In this document: positions 40,949-48,767 of the stretch, in pieces
Layout of the letters: every line of letters starts with the position of its first letter
How positions within the stretch are numbered: position 1 is the stretch's first letter
NCBI GenBank assembly: GCA_964403515.1
Contig: CAYOGL010000022.1
Location: forward strand, 1,078-65,077
Length of the DNA: 64,000 nucleotides
Reading direction: 5' to 3'
Source of the DNA: an uncultured Burkholderiales bacterium
GTDB lineage: Bacteria > Pseudomonadota > Gammaproteobacteria > Burkholderiales > Usitatibacteraceae
Notes under the pieces: model-generated
What the model was told of the DNA's origin: nothing
Databases searched by the model: none
What the model saw: only the letters and a program-made list of their open reading frames with translations
Position numbers and translations under genes: made by a program

Positions 40949-41194
40949 TCACGCCTTCGTTTTCGGCTTGCGGCCGGGCGTCGGCGGGGGGACGAAACCC
41001 GAGATGCGGCCTTGCCAGGCTTCGATCTGGCGCCCGTTCTCGAACTGGATCGTCCTGCACACGACGGCCTCGTGGCTTTCGGCCAGGGCGGCGAGGTGCT
41101 GCCTCACCGTGGCGAGCGGCACGCGCAGCTCCTTGGCGATCTCGAGGTCCAAGCGCTGGCCATGCTTCTTCAGGCACTGCAGGGTTTCGGTCAT
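40949..41194 (-). CDS. Small winged-helix-like protein
   Basis: LKKHGQRLDLEIAKELRVPLATVRQHL HTH pattern; basic tail PGRKPK. Confidence 0.75.
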   Translation of the reverse strand: MTETLQCLKKHGQRLDLEIAKELRVPLATVRQHLAALAESHEAVVCRTIQFENGRQIEAWQGRISGFVPPPTPGRKPKTKA

Positions 41195-41263
41195 GGGTGC
41201 TGTCCTCGAGGTGAAAAGATTGAAATCGGGTCGTGCGAGCGAAAATCAATGGCGCAAGTTGAA

Positions 41264-41352
41264 TCCCCACGGGGATTGCGAATCGCGCTGCGACTGATCC
41301 TCGCGCGATTCGTCCGAAGCGCCAAAGCCAGGCGCTTCGGACCGCCGGCCCG
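41264..41352 (+). repeat. Structured repeat, copy 2: 14-bp exact match to the tRNA-Glu 3' region plus two hairpins
   Basis: TCCCCACGGGGATT equals 44131-44144; hairpin TCCGAAGCGCC-AAAGCCA-GGCGCTTCGGA at 41313-41341. Confidence 0.85.
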
Positions 41353-41436
41353 AGAGAAACTGGGCTGGGCCGGCGTCCAATCGCAGGCTCGTGCCGAACG
41401 CCTGCGAGTGTCGAACCTTCATCGATCCTCATCGTG

Positions 41437-41502
41437 CGTGGGGACCGTACAAATGCAAACGGCCCGCTGCAGCGTGCCGTGTGCATTTGTGGCGTCCCCA
41501 CG
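41437..41502. repeat. 66-bp imperfect palindrome whose right arm is the att-like tRNA-Glu copy
   Basis: 27-bp arms 41437-41463 and 41476-41502 (4 mismatches) around a CGCTGCAGCG palindromic centre. Confidence 0.85.
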
Positions 41503-41597
41503 GCGATCGGACGAAAACCCCAGAACACCAATGCTACGGGGCACAACAGTCTTTCAAATTCAAAGACTTCGCCGCCGGGCTTAAGTATTTAATTATA

Positions 41598-41825
41598 CTA
41601 CTTAAGAAGCTCCCAAGCACCCACTTTTAGTGCAGTAGCGAGCTTGTGGATGTTTTCCAGCGATATGTTCCGTTCGCCACGCTCGACTTGGCCGACATAG
41701 CTCCTATCAAGTCCGCAATTCAGCGCGAGTTGCTCCTGGGAAAAGCCCGCACCAAGTCGGAGTTCACGAACCCGATCCCCAAAGGCTTTCCGTACTCTTG
41801 CCTGCCATTTGTCAGGCTTCTGCAA
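41598..41825 (-). CDS. XRE/HTH_3 regulator (controller-protein-like)
   Basis: FGDRVRELR...SQEQLA...LDRSYVGQVERGERNISLENI.KLA.AL. Confidence 0.92.
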   Translation of the reverse strand: MQKPDKWQARVRKAFGDRVRELRLGAGFSQEQLALNCGLDRSYVGQVERGERNISLENIHKLATALKVGAWELLK

Positions 41826-41927
41826 GATAAGCGCCTGAGCTGAAAAGCGCTCATCGTCGCCGCCAGATGCCTATAGTTCCACGGACTTTAAGTACCAATT
41901 TTGTCCGGCCGGCTGCAGAATGTGTGG

Positions 41928-42101
41928 ATGAAGCGACCCCGTCTCCTGTCGATCACATCCATCGGGAAGCCGGATTACGAGCTTGCCGCTCAGGGGCTGG
42001 CACCACTCTTTGCGCGCTTCCTCAAAAAGCGCCAGGCCAAAGCGAAGACGAAGGTTCTAAGGTTTCAAGAGCGTCTCAACCACCGACAGGGACGATCGTA
42101 A
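41928..42101 (+). CDS. Possible small basic protein divergent from the XRE gene
   Basis: 57-aa ORF with an amphipathic helix (YELAAQGLAPLFARFLKK); no recognisable family. Confidence 0.35.
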   Translation: MKRPRLLSITSIGKPDYELAAQGLAPLFARFLKKRQAKAKTKVLRFQERLNHRQGRS

Positions 42102-42124
42102 GCCGCTCAGCCAAATAACCGCAG

Positions 42125-43042
42125 CTATTTAACTAATTCCCTCGCCCATAGCGACGCAGTGGTCTGCGATGTGACCTGCTCAATTCGTAGCAACAGATCA
42201 CGACGTCTTATGCATTCATTGATGAAGGACGTGATGCGGCTCTGCTCGATTCGCTCAGCGACGTTTGTGCCGGTTCCAGCCGCATCAGGGATAACGGCTT
42301 GAGACCAATTGAGCGTCATGCCAAGGGAGTCGTTCCATCTAAAGTGACTCGTTGATGTACCACCCAAAGCGGTAACGAAGTCAAAGAACACCAACATTCC
42401 GGATTGCAAGGTCTCAAGCGGAATAGTACTGAACAGGCGCACGCACATCGTCTCGATTGCGAAGGACCGCATCTGAGTTGGTGGTGCGAGGTTGGCGTTC
42501 CACGCCTTCAATAGCTTGACCAGCGGCTTGAACTTCCCGCCCGATCGCTGATTCACCTGAGTTGCCAATTGCGCGTGAATGGCTGGCGCGGAAAGGAGCC
42601 ACTTGTTTTCATTCTTGTCGGGTATCCAAAGAAAACTAGCCCTTTCGTGAGGAACCGCGGGCACCACATCGATATTCAGGTGATACAACTGCAAACGGAC
42701 CGATCTTCTTTGCCCGAACACCGAGCTTACCGGATACCGATATCGGATCGCATTCGCGAATGTGTCAAGCACTTGTTCCGGAAACGCTGCGCTTGTGCCG
42801 ACAGGTGTGGGCCACTTTCGAATATCAATGGTGAAGATGATGTCAACATCATCTATCGGCCGGATCGCCGTATCCCTCGAATAGCTTCCGCTCAGGAAAC
42901 TGCCAGTAATGCGATCGCCAATCTGCCCTGTGTTCAGCAGGTCACGGAGATTTCTTTGGCTGCCGCTAGCGGCTTCCTTCTGCAGGGCACTAGGCTCATA
43001 CGCTCCAACGACATTCCAGAGATACGTCTCAACGGAGGCCAT
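42125..43042 (-). CDS. cGAS/DncV-like nucleotidyltransferase (CD-NTase/SMODS family)
   Basis: FLSGSYSRDTAIRPIDDVDIIF (hGS-x-DhD), third acid in NIDVVPA, LVKLLKAWN, RSFAIE, IPD...TNVA C-lobe motifs. Confidence 0.9.
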   Translation of the reverse strand: MASVETYLWNVVGAYEPSALQKEAASGSQRNLRDLLNTGQIGDRITGSFLSGSYSRDTAIRPIDDVDIIFTIDIRKWPTPVGTSAAFPEQVLDTFANAIRYRYPVSSVFGQRRSVRLQLYHLNIDVVPAVPHERASFLWIPDKNENKWLLSAPAIHAQLATQVNQRSGGKFKPLVKLLKAWNANLAPPTQMRSFAIETMCVRLFSTIPLETLQSGMLVFFDFVTALGGTSTSHFRWNDSLGMTLNWSQAVIPDAAGTGTNVAERIEQSRITSFINECIRRRDLLLRIEQVTSQTTASLWARELVK

Positions 43043-43919
43043 TGACGCCCTCGGCGAACACTCTCGCGCGACGGTTTAGGACCTGTGTCTGCGCTAGTAG
43101 CTGAGCGGGGAAATTGACCGGCACAAACCATAGGAATCCGGACAATATTTCTAGCTCAGGCGCGCCTAGTCTTATTTCTTTCGCGTCGTGCGAGTACGTG
43201 TAGACCAATAGCGGGACAGGTGGCGACTTTTGCTTTAACTGCTCGACGGCCGCAGCAAGGACGCGTCTGCCTTCATCGGTGCCGTCAAACGAAAGAATGC
43301 ACAAGTTGGCAGAGCCAACGGAGAACATCTCACCGGCAGGCGGCGTAACGATATTCAAGTTCATAACGCCTGCCGAACGAAGCGCTACCTGTTCCTCTTC
43401 AAACCTGCCGCTACCCTCCGGCATGATCCAAACAACCTGTGCACTCTTGAAAGCTGCAAGGTCATCGATTTGCTCCTGAAGGTCCTGCGTCTTTTGCCGA
43501 AGCCTAACCGCCTCTCTCTCTACAACTTCCTGTGCGAGCGCATCAAAGCGCTCTCCCATTGTCTTCCGGAATTCTCGATGAGTTCTGCCAAAGAAATAGA
43601 CGAAGAGGATCGCTGCAAAGCTCAAGACCGCGACGCCAACGCCAACGAGAGAACTGAAGATCGTTATCGCTCGGTCAACCGTTTGGTTGACGCTAGAAAA
43701 TTGCCGATCTGATTGGCGCTCGAGTATTTGGCGCTCTTCACCAAGCGCCTTCCGATAGGCGTCGAAGGAGACGATGCCAGGCTGCTGATCACTTGCACCT
43801 GAGCTCGCGGACTGTGGATTTGTTGCTTGCGTAGCAACCGGCGGTGTGCGCGATGCAACCGGAAGGGCTAACGATGCAGTAACGACCGCGATTAGTGCGA
43901 GGCCTCTTCTTGGTCTCAT
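43029..43919 (-). CDS. Membrane protein: signal peptide, periplasmic coil, 1 TM, cytoplasmic coiled coil, alpha/beta (Rossmannoid/receiver-like) domain
   Basis: MRPRRGLALIAVVTASLALP; TM IFSSLVGVGVAVLSFAAILFVYFF followed by GRTHREFRK; heptads; strands VVWIM, CILSF, LLVYT; 14-nt overlap with the CD-NTase start. Confidence 0.85.
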   Translation of the reverse strand: MRPRRGLALIAVVTASLALPVASRTPPVATQATNPQSASSGASDQQPGIVSFDAYRKALGEERQILERQSDRQFSSVNQTVDRAITIFSSLVGVGVAVLSFAAILFVYFFGRTHREFRKTMGERFDALAQEVVEREAVRLRQKTQDLQEQIDDLAAFKSAQVVWIMPEGSGRFEEEQVALRSAGVMNLNIVTPPAGEMFSVGSANLCILSFDGTDEGRRVLAAAVEQLKQKSPPVPLLVYTYSHDAKEIRLGAPELEILSGFLWFVPVNFPAQLLAQTQVLNRRARVFAEGVNGLR

Positions 43920-44066
43920 TTTTTCTCCCCCGTTGACGCGAATTCTATCTCCGCTTGATATCGGGAAGTCCAGAAGCCACCGACTGACAACGCGCGGCGC
44001 TGCTCGCTGCTCAGTGCGAGTTAGAGCACGATCAAATATCGCGGAATCGTTCTGGGGTTGGCGTCG

Positions 44067-44099
44067 AAAAAAAAGGGTTAGCTTGTCAGCTAACCCTTT
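44067..44099 (-). terminator. Rho-independent terminator downstream of tRNA-Glu
   Basis: GGGTTAGC-N6-GCTAACCC stem with an 8-nt A tract on + (U tract on -). Confidence 0.85.
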
Positions 44100-44125
44100 G
44101 TCTCAATGCTGGATTTCTAGAAGAG

Positions 44126-44201
44126 TGGCGTCCCCACGGGGATTCGAACCCCGGTTATCGCCGTGAAAGGGCGGTGTCCTAGGCCTCTAGACGATGGGGA
44201 C
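44126..44201 (-). tRNA. tRNA-Glu (anticodon TTC)
   Basis: GTCCCCA/TGGGGAC acceptor stem, CT-TTC-AC anticodon loop, GGTTCGAATCC, encoded CCA; 76 nt. Confidence 0.97.
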
Positions 44202-44242
44202 AAAGAAAACGGGAGCTAGAGGGCTCCCGGTTCCTGAAAACT

Positions 44243-44318
<76 letters not shown>

Positions 44319-44338
44319 GCACCGAGTCGAAGATTATA

Positions 44339-45724
44339 TCAGCCCCCGCCGGCCCGTTCCAGCCGTTCCAGCACCACTTCCTTCCTCAGGGCGGCGGCGA
44401 TGGCGTCGATCGCCGGGGTCTGGCCCTGCCCCGTCACCGCGACCCGGAACGGCATCATCACCTGCGGCGCCTTGACGTCCATCGCCTTCACCGTCTGCTT
44501 GAGCACGCCGCTCACCGCCATGGCGGTCCAGTCCGGCAGCGCGCGCAGCGCGGGCACCAGCTCGCGCAGCACGCTCTTGCCGCCGTCGCCGAGGTGATCG
44601 CGCGCGAGCGCGGCATCGGGATGCGCCGGTTGGGCCATCGAGACGAGGAAGCGCTCGTGGTCGGCGAGCACCTGGAACTTGGCGCGGCCGGCGGCCGTCA
44701 TGGCGACCGGATCCATCACCGACGCGACGAACTTGTAGACCTCGGGCTTCTCGCGCTCGAGCATCGCGGCGAGGTCCGCGTCGGAAATGCGCCGCAGGTA
44801 CTCGCCGTTCAGCCAGCGCAGCTTCTCCGGGTCCCAGCGCGCGGGCGATTTGCTCACGTGCTCGAGATCGAACCACTCGACCAGCTGCGCGCGCGAGAAG
44901 ATCTCCTCGTCGCCATGCGACCAGCCGAGCCGCGCGAGATAGTTGACCATCGCGTCGGGTAGAAAGCCGTCCTCCTTGTACTGCATCACGCTCACCGCCC
45001 CGTGGCGCTTCGACAGGCGCTGCCCGTCGTGGCCGAGGATCATCGGCACGTGGCCGAAGAGCGGCAGCTCCGCGCCGAGCGCGCGATACAGGTTGATCTG
45101 GCGCGGCGTGTTGTTCACGTGGTCGTCGCCGCGGATCACGTGGCTCATCGCCATGTCGATGTCGTCGACGACGACGCCGAAGTTGTAGGTGGGCACGCCG
45201 TCGGTGCGCAGCAGCACGAGGTCGTCGAGCTCCTCGTTGGCGACGGTGATCGGTCCCTTCACGATGTCGTTCCAGCTCACCTCGCCCTCGAGCGGGTTCT
45301 TGAAGCGCAGCACCGGGGTCACGCCCGCGGGGGGCGTCTCCTTCGAATCGCGCCAGCGCCGGTCGTAGCGCGGCTTCTCCCCGCGCGCGATCTGCGCCTC
45401 GCGCATCGCCTCGAGCTCCTCCTTCGACGTGTAGTCCCGGTACGCGAGGCCCTTCGCGAGGAGCTGCTCGCCCACCTCGCGATAGCGCTCCAGCCGCTTC
45501 ATCTGGAAGAACGGGCCCTCGTCCCAGTCGAGGCCGAGCCAGTGCATCGCGTCGAAGATCGCCTGCTCAGATTCCTGCGTGGAGCGCTCGAGGTCGGTGT
45601 CCTCGATGCGCAGGATGAACTTGCCGCCGTGGCGCCGCGCGTATGCCCAGTTGAAGAGCGCGGTGCGCGCGCCGCCGAGGTGCAGATAGCCGGTCGGGCT
45701 CGGTGCGAAGCGGGTGCGGATCAT
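44339..45724 (-). CDS. gltX: Glutamyl-tRNA synthetase
   Basis: RTRFAPSPTGYLHLGGARTAL (HIGH), RLSKRHGA (KMSKS), IRGDDH. Confidence 0.97.
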   Translation of the reverse strand: MIRTRFAPSPTGYLHLGGARTALFNWAYARRHGGKFILRIEDTDLERSTQESEQAIFDAMHWLGLDWDEGPFFQMKRLERYREVGEQLLAKGLAYRDYTSKEELEAMREAQIARGEKPRYDRRWRDSKETPPAGVTPVLRFKNPLEGEVSWNDIVKGPITVANEELDDLVLLRTDGVPTYNFGVVVDDIDMAMSHVIRGDDHVNNTPRQINLYRALGAELPLFGHVPMILGHDGQRLSKRHGAVSVMQYKEDGFLPDAMVNYLARLGWSHGDEEIFSRAQLVEWFDLEHVSKSPARWDPEKLRWLNGEYLRRISDADLAAMLEREKPEVYKFVASVMDPVAMTAAGRAKFQVLADHERFLVSMAQPAHPDAALARDHLGDGGKSVLRELVPALRALPDWTAMAVSGVLKQTVKAMDVKAPQVMMPFRVAVTGQGQTPAIDAIAAALRKEVVLERLERAGGG

Positions 45725-45847
45725 CGGAGGCGGCGGGGAAATCGACATTCTACGATTTCGGCGCCACACGCATTGCCGCCGCCGGCGCGCTAACGCCCCG
45801 CGGGCCGCCCGTCGCGCGGGCCGGCTCTGGTAAAATAGTCATTTCCC

Positions 45848-45922
45848 GGGTCGTTAGCTCAGCGGTAGAGCACTCCCCTCACACGGGAGGGGCCACTGGT
45901 TCGATCCCAGTACGACCCACCA
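45848..45922 (+). tRNA. tRNA-Val (anticodon CAC)
   Basis: GGGTCGT/ACGACCC acceptor stem, CTCCC-CTCACAC-GGGAG anticodon arm, GGTTCGATCC, CCA; 75 nt. Confidence 0.95.
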
Positions 45923-46016
45923 GGATTCCGCCGGGCCGCATCGCGAGGTGCGGCCCGCTGCATTTCCGGCTCCGGTACAATGAAAGCTTGCTCAACCCAT
46001 CGAAAGGAGGTGATCC

Positions 46017-46106
46017 GTGAGATCTCGAACCCATGATGTCGCCGTTGCAGCCGGGGCGGTTCTCCCCGCGGTCACCACCGTGGAAAGCATCGCCCGCACG
46101 CTCTGA
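46017..46106 (+). CDS. Candidate 29-aa small protein MRSRTHDVAVAAGAVLPAVTTVESIARTL
   Basis: GTG start directly after AAAGGAGGTGATCC (46003-46016); upstream TACAAT; downstream terminator. Confidence 0.5.
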   Translation: MRSRTHDVAVAAGAVLPAVTTVESIARTL

Positions 46107-46128
46107 CTGCAAGGGCGTTGGGTTTGCG

Positions 46129-46160
46129 AAAAGGCCGGCCGCGCGCCGGCCTTTTCTTTT
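46129..46160 (+). terminator. Rho-independent terminator
   Basis: AAAAGGCCGGC-CGCGC-GCCGGCCTTTT followed by CTTTT. Confidence 0.88.
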
Positions 46161-46296
46161 GCGCGAACCGCGCGCCGTCCGAACGGACTAAGTAATGCGC
46201 GCGGGTCCCCCGGGAAGCGTCTCCCGGGAAGGAATTGCACGCGCGCAGCGCCGCCGGGCACCGCCTGGACGAGCCAACGTGCAAGGGAGAACAGCC

Positions 46297-48669
46297 ATGA
46301 AAGGTACGTCGCTCCTCGCCGCGGTCGCCGCGTTCGCGGTCCTCACGCTGCACGCGCAGCAAGGTCCGGGACCTTTCGATGCCCTCGCGCCGCAGCTCGG
46401 GCCCGCGCCGTGGCGCGACCCGTCCCTGCCGCCGCCACCGCCGCGGGCGCTGCCCAAGGCCACCATCGCAGTCCCGGCGATCGACACGACGAACCAGGGC
46501 GCGGTCATCGCCGCGTACAACACGTACTTCAACGTCTCCGCGCCGCCGCTCGGGTTCACCGGCTCGGTGAGCGCATGCAATCCCGGCGCGATCTCGGTCG
46601 CCTACCAGAACTGGATGATGGCGCGCCTGAACTTCCTGCGCGCGATGGCGGGCGTGGCGGGCAACGTCGCGCTCGACACGTCGCTCAACGCGCAGGAGCA
46701 GGCGGCCGCGCTGATCATGTCGGCGAACGGCACCCTCACGCATTTCCCGGCGAGCACGATGACGTGCTGGACGCAGGCCGGATACAACGGCGCGAGCTCG
46801 TCCAACCTCGCCGAGCTGAACCAGTACTTTCCCGACCCGGTTCCGCTGTACATGGCCGATTACGGAACCGGCAACCAGATCGCCGGCCATCGGCGCTGGA
46901 TCCTGAATTCGCCGCAGACGAGCTTCGCCATCGGCCAGGTCACCGGCGGCGCGGTCTTCGACGCGAACGCGCTCTACGTCTTCGGATTCACCGGGACGGG
47001 CTCGGCGCCGAACGGCATTCCGTGGCCGCCGCGCGGCTACGTGCCCATGTCGCTCATCCCGTTCGCGTTCGGCAGCGATTCGCCGCGCTGGTCGTTCGGG
47101 CTGCCCGGCGCGGACTTCACGAACGCGACCGTCACGATGACGGTGAACGGCGCGCCGCTCGCCGTCAACGTCGTCTCGCGCACGGACAACGGCTACGGCG
47201 ACAACACGCTCGTGTGGGAGCTTCCGAGCGCCTACACGGTCGTCAAGAACAGCGTCTACAACGTCACGATCAACGGCATCGCGAACGCCTCGCCCACGAG
47301 CTTCACGTACCAGGTCCTGCCGTTCGATCCCGCCGACGTCCCGCTGGTCGGCCTCACGGTGACGCTCTTCGGCGCCGGCAACGGCTCGGTCACGTCGAAC
47401 CCCTCGGGCATCAGTTGCGGCGCGACCTGCACGACGAACGTGGCCTCGGGCTCGACGGTCACGCTCACCGCGAACCCGGTATCCGGCAACGTCTTCGCGG
47501 GATGGAGCGGCGCTTGCTCCGGCACGGGTGCGTGCACGGTCAAGCCGACCGCAGCCACGAACGTGGGCGCGACGTTCGTGCCGGCCGCTTCCACGGCGAC
47601 GCTCTATGCGGTGCCGCCCTCGATCGATTTCGGCGGCCAGTCGATGGCGACGACCTCGTTTCCGGTCGCGATCACCGTCACGAACGCCGGCGGCCAATCG
47701 GCGACCGTGAGCGGCGTCACCATCACCAACGCGCAATTCGCCCAGACCAACAACTGCGCGACGCTCGCGAGCGGCGCGAGCTGCATCGTGAACGTCACCT
47801 TCACGCCTGCCGTGGGCAGCGGCGCGCTGTTGTCGACCGTCGCCACGAGCGGGACGCTTTCCATCGCGAGCAACGCGACCGGCAGCCCGAACGCGGTGAC
47901 GCTCGCCGGCACCGCGGAGAAGTCGCTCATCACGCATTACTACCAGGGCATCCTCGGTCGCGCCCCGGACAGCGGCGGCAACACGTTCTGGCAGGGCGAG
48001 ACGACGCGCATCGCCAACCTCGGCGCGAACATCAACGAGACGTGGTACGTGCTCGCGATCACGTTCTTCAACAGCGCCGAGTACCTGGCCAGGAACCGCA
48101 CCGACGCGCAGTTCGTGACCGACCTCTACAACACCTTCTTCGGACGGGCGCCCGACGCCTCGGGGCTGAGCTACTGGACCGGGCAGCTCGCGTCGGGCAT
48201 GCCGCGCGAGGTCCTGCTCGCATCCTTCATGTTCTCGACCGAGTTCACCACGTTCACCCAGGGCATCTTCGGCAACACGGGCGTGCGCGCCGAGATCAAC
48301 GCGGTGGTCGACTTCTACCGCGGCCTCCTCGCCCGCCTGCCCGACGATTCGGGATTCACTTTCTGGGTCGGGCAGTTCCGCACCGCGCAGTGCCAGGGCG
48401 CGGGCGCCGTGGACGCGCAGGCCGATTCGATCTCGAGCGGCTTCATCAACGGCGCCGAATACGCGGGACGCAACCGCACCAACGCGCAGTACGTCGGCGA
48501 CCTCTACAACGCGTTCCTGCGCCGCGGCGGCGATCTCGCCGGCGTGCAGTACTGGATCAGCCAGCTCGATTCGGGTGCGCAGACGCGCGACCAGCTGCGC
48601 CAGGCGTTCATCGCGAGCCCCGAGTTCCAGAGCCGCGTCTCCGCGATCATCGCGCAGGGCTGCATGTAG
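46297..48669 (+). CDS. Secreted protein: CAP/SCP-like domain, InlB-B-like repeat, ASH-like Ig domain, DUF4214-like C-terminus
   Basis: Signal peptide; LNFLRAMAG...LTHFP...GHRRWILN (CAP); G.GSVTSNPSGISCG...VTLTANP..G..F.GWSGAC; shared C-terminal module. Confidence 0.88.
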   Translation: MKGTSLLAAVAAFAVLTLHAQQGPGPFDALAPQLGPAPWRDPSLPPPPPRALPKATIAVPAIDTTNQGAVIAAYNTYFNVSAPPLGFTGSVSACNPGAISVAYQNWMMARLNFLRAMAGVAGNVALDTSLNAQEQAAALIMSANGTLTHFPASTMTCWTQAGYNGASSSNLAELNQYFPDPVPLYMADYGTGNQIAGHRRWILNSPQTSFAIGQVTGGAVFDANALYVFGFTGTGSAPNGIPWPPRGYVPMSLIPFAFGSDSPRWSFGLPGADFTNATVTMTVNGAPLAVNVVSRTDNGYGDNTLVWELPSAYTVVKNSVYNVTINGIANASPTSFTYQVLPFDPADVPLVGLTVTLFGAGNGSVTSNPSGISCGATCTTNVASGSTVTLTANPVSGNVFAGWSGACSGTGACTVKPTAATNVGATFVPAASTATLYAVPPSIDFGGQSMATTSFPVAITVTNAGGQSATVSGVTITNAQFAQTNNCATLASGASCIVNVTFTPAVGSGALLSTVATSGTLSIASNATGSPNAVTLAGTAEKSLITHYYQGILGRAPDSGGNTFWQGETTRIANLGANINETWYVLAITFFNSAEYLARNRTDAQFVTDLYNTFFGRAPDASGLSYWTGQLASGMPREVLLASFMFSTEFTTFTQGIFGNTGVRAEINAVVDFYRGLLARLPDDSGFTFWVGQFRTAQCQGAGAVDAQADSISSGFINGAEYAGRNRTNAQYVGDLYNAFLRRGGDLAGVQYWISQLDSGAQTRDQLRQAFIASPEFQSRVSAIIAQGCM

Positions 48670-48678
48670 CAGCGCGGC

Positions 48679-48705
48679 CGGGGCGAAGCCCGTCGCTTCG
48701 CCCCG
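48679..48705. terminator. GC hairpin between convergent surface-protein genes
   Basis: CGGGGCGAAGC-CCGTC-GCTTCGCCCCG; no clear U tract. Confidence 0.5.
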
Positions 48706-48767
48706 CCGCCTTTCGCGTCGAGACCCCTACCGCCGATCGCGCGCGCGTCGAAGCGTGACGCCGGCGA

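Larger units (their letters stand above)
41489..44143. mobile_element. Integrase-less genomic islet at the tRNA-Glu 3' end carrying a CD-NTase locus
   Basis: Direct repeat GTGGCGTCCCCACGG(C/G)GAT at 41489-41507 and 44125-44143 (18/19); interior visibly AT-richer (two sampled 60-mers: 47% and 60% GC). Confidence 0.75.

Noticed and set aside
41575-41610. dif/Xer site
   Set aside because: The inverted repeat does not match the XerC/XerD arm consensus or the 11-6-11 geometry.
45848-45922. tRNA-Val(CAC) as an unusual or horizontally acquired tRNA
   Set aside because: This isoacceptor is expected in high-GC genomes, and no duplicated 3' end was found nearby.
46003-46016. Possible 16S rRNA fragment
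   Set aside because: Only the 14-nt anti-SD complement matches; the flanks do not continue as 16S sequence.
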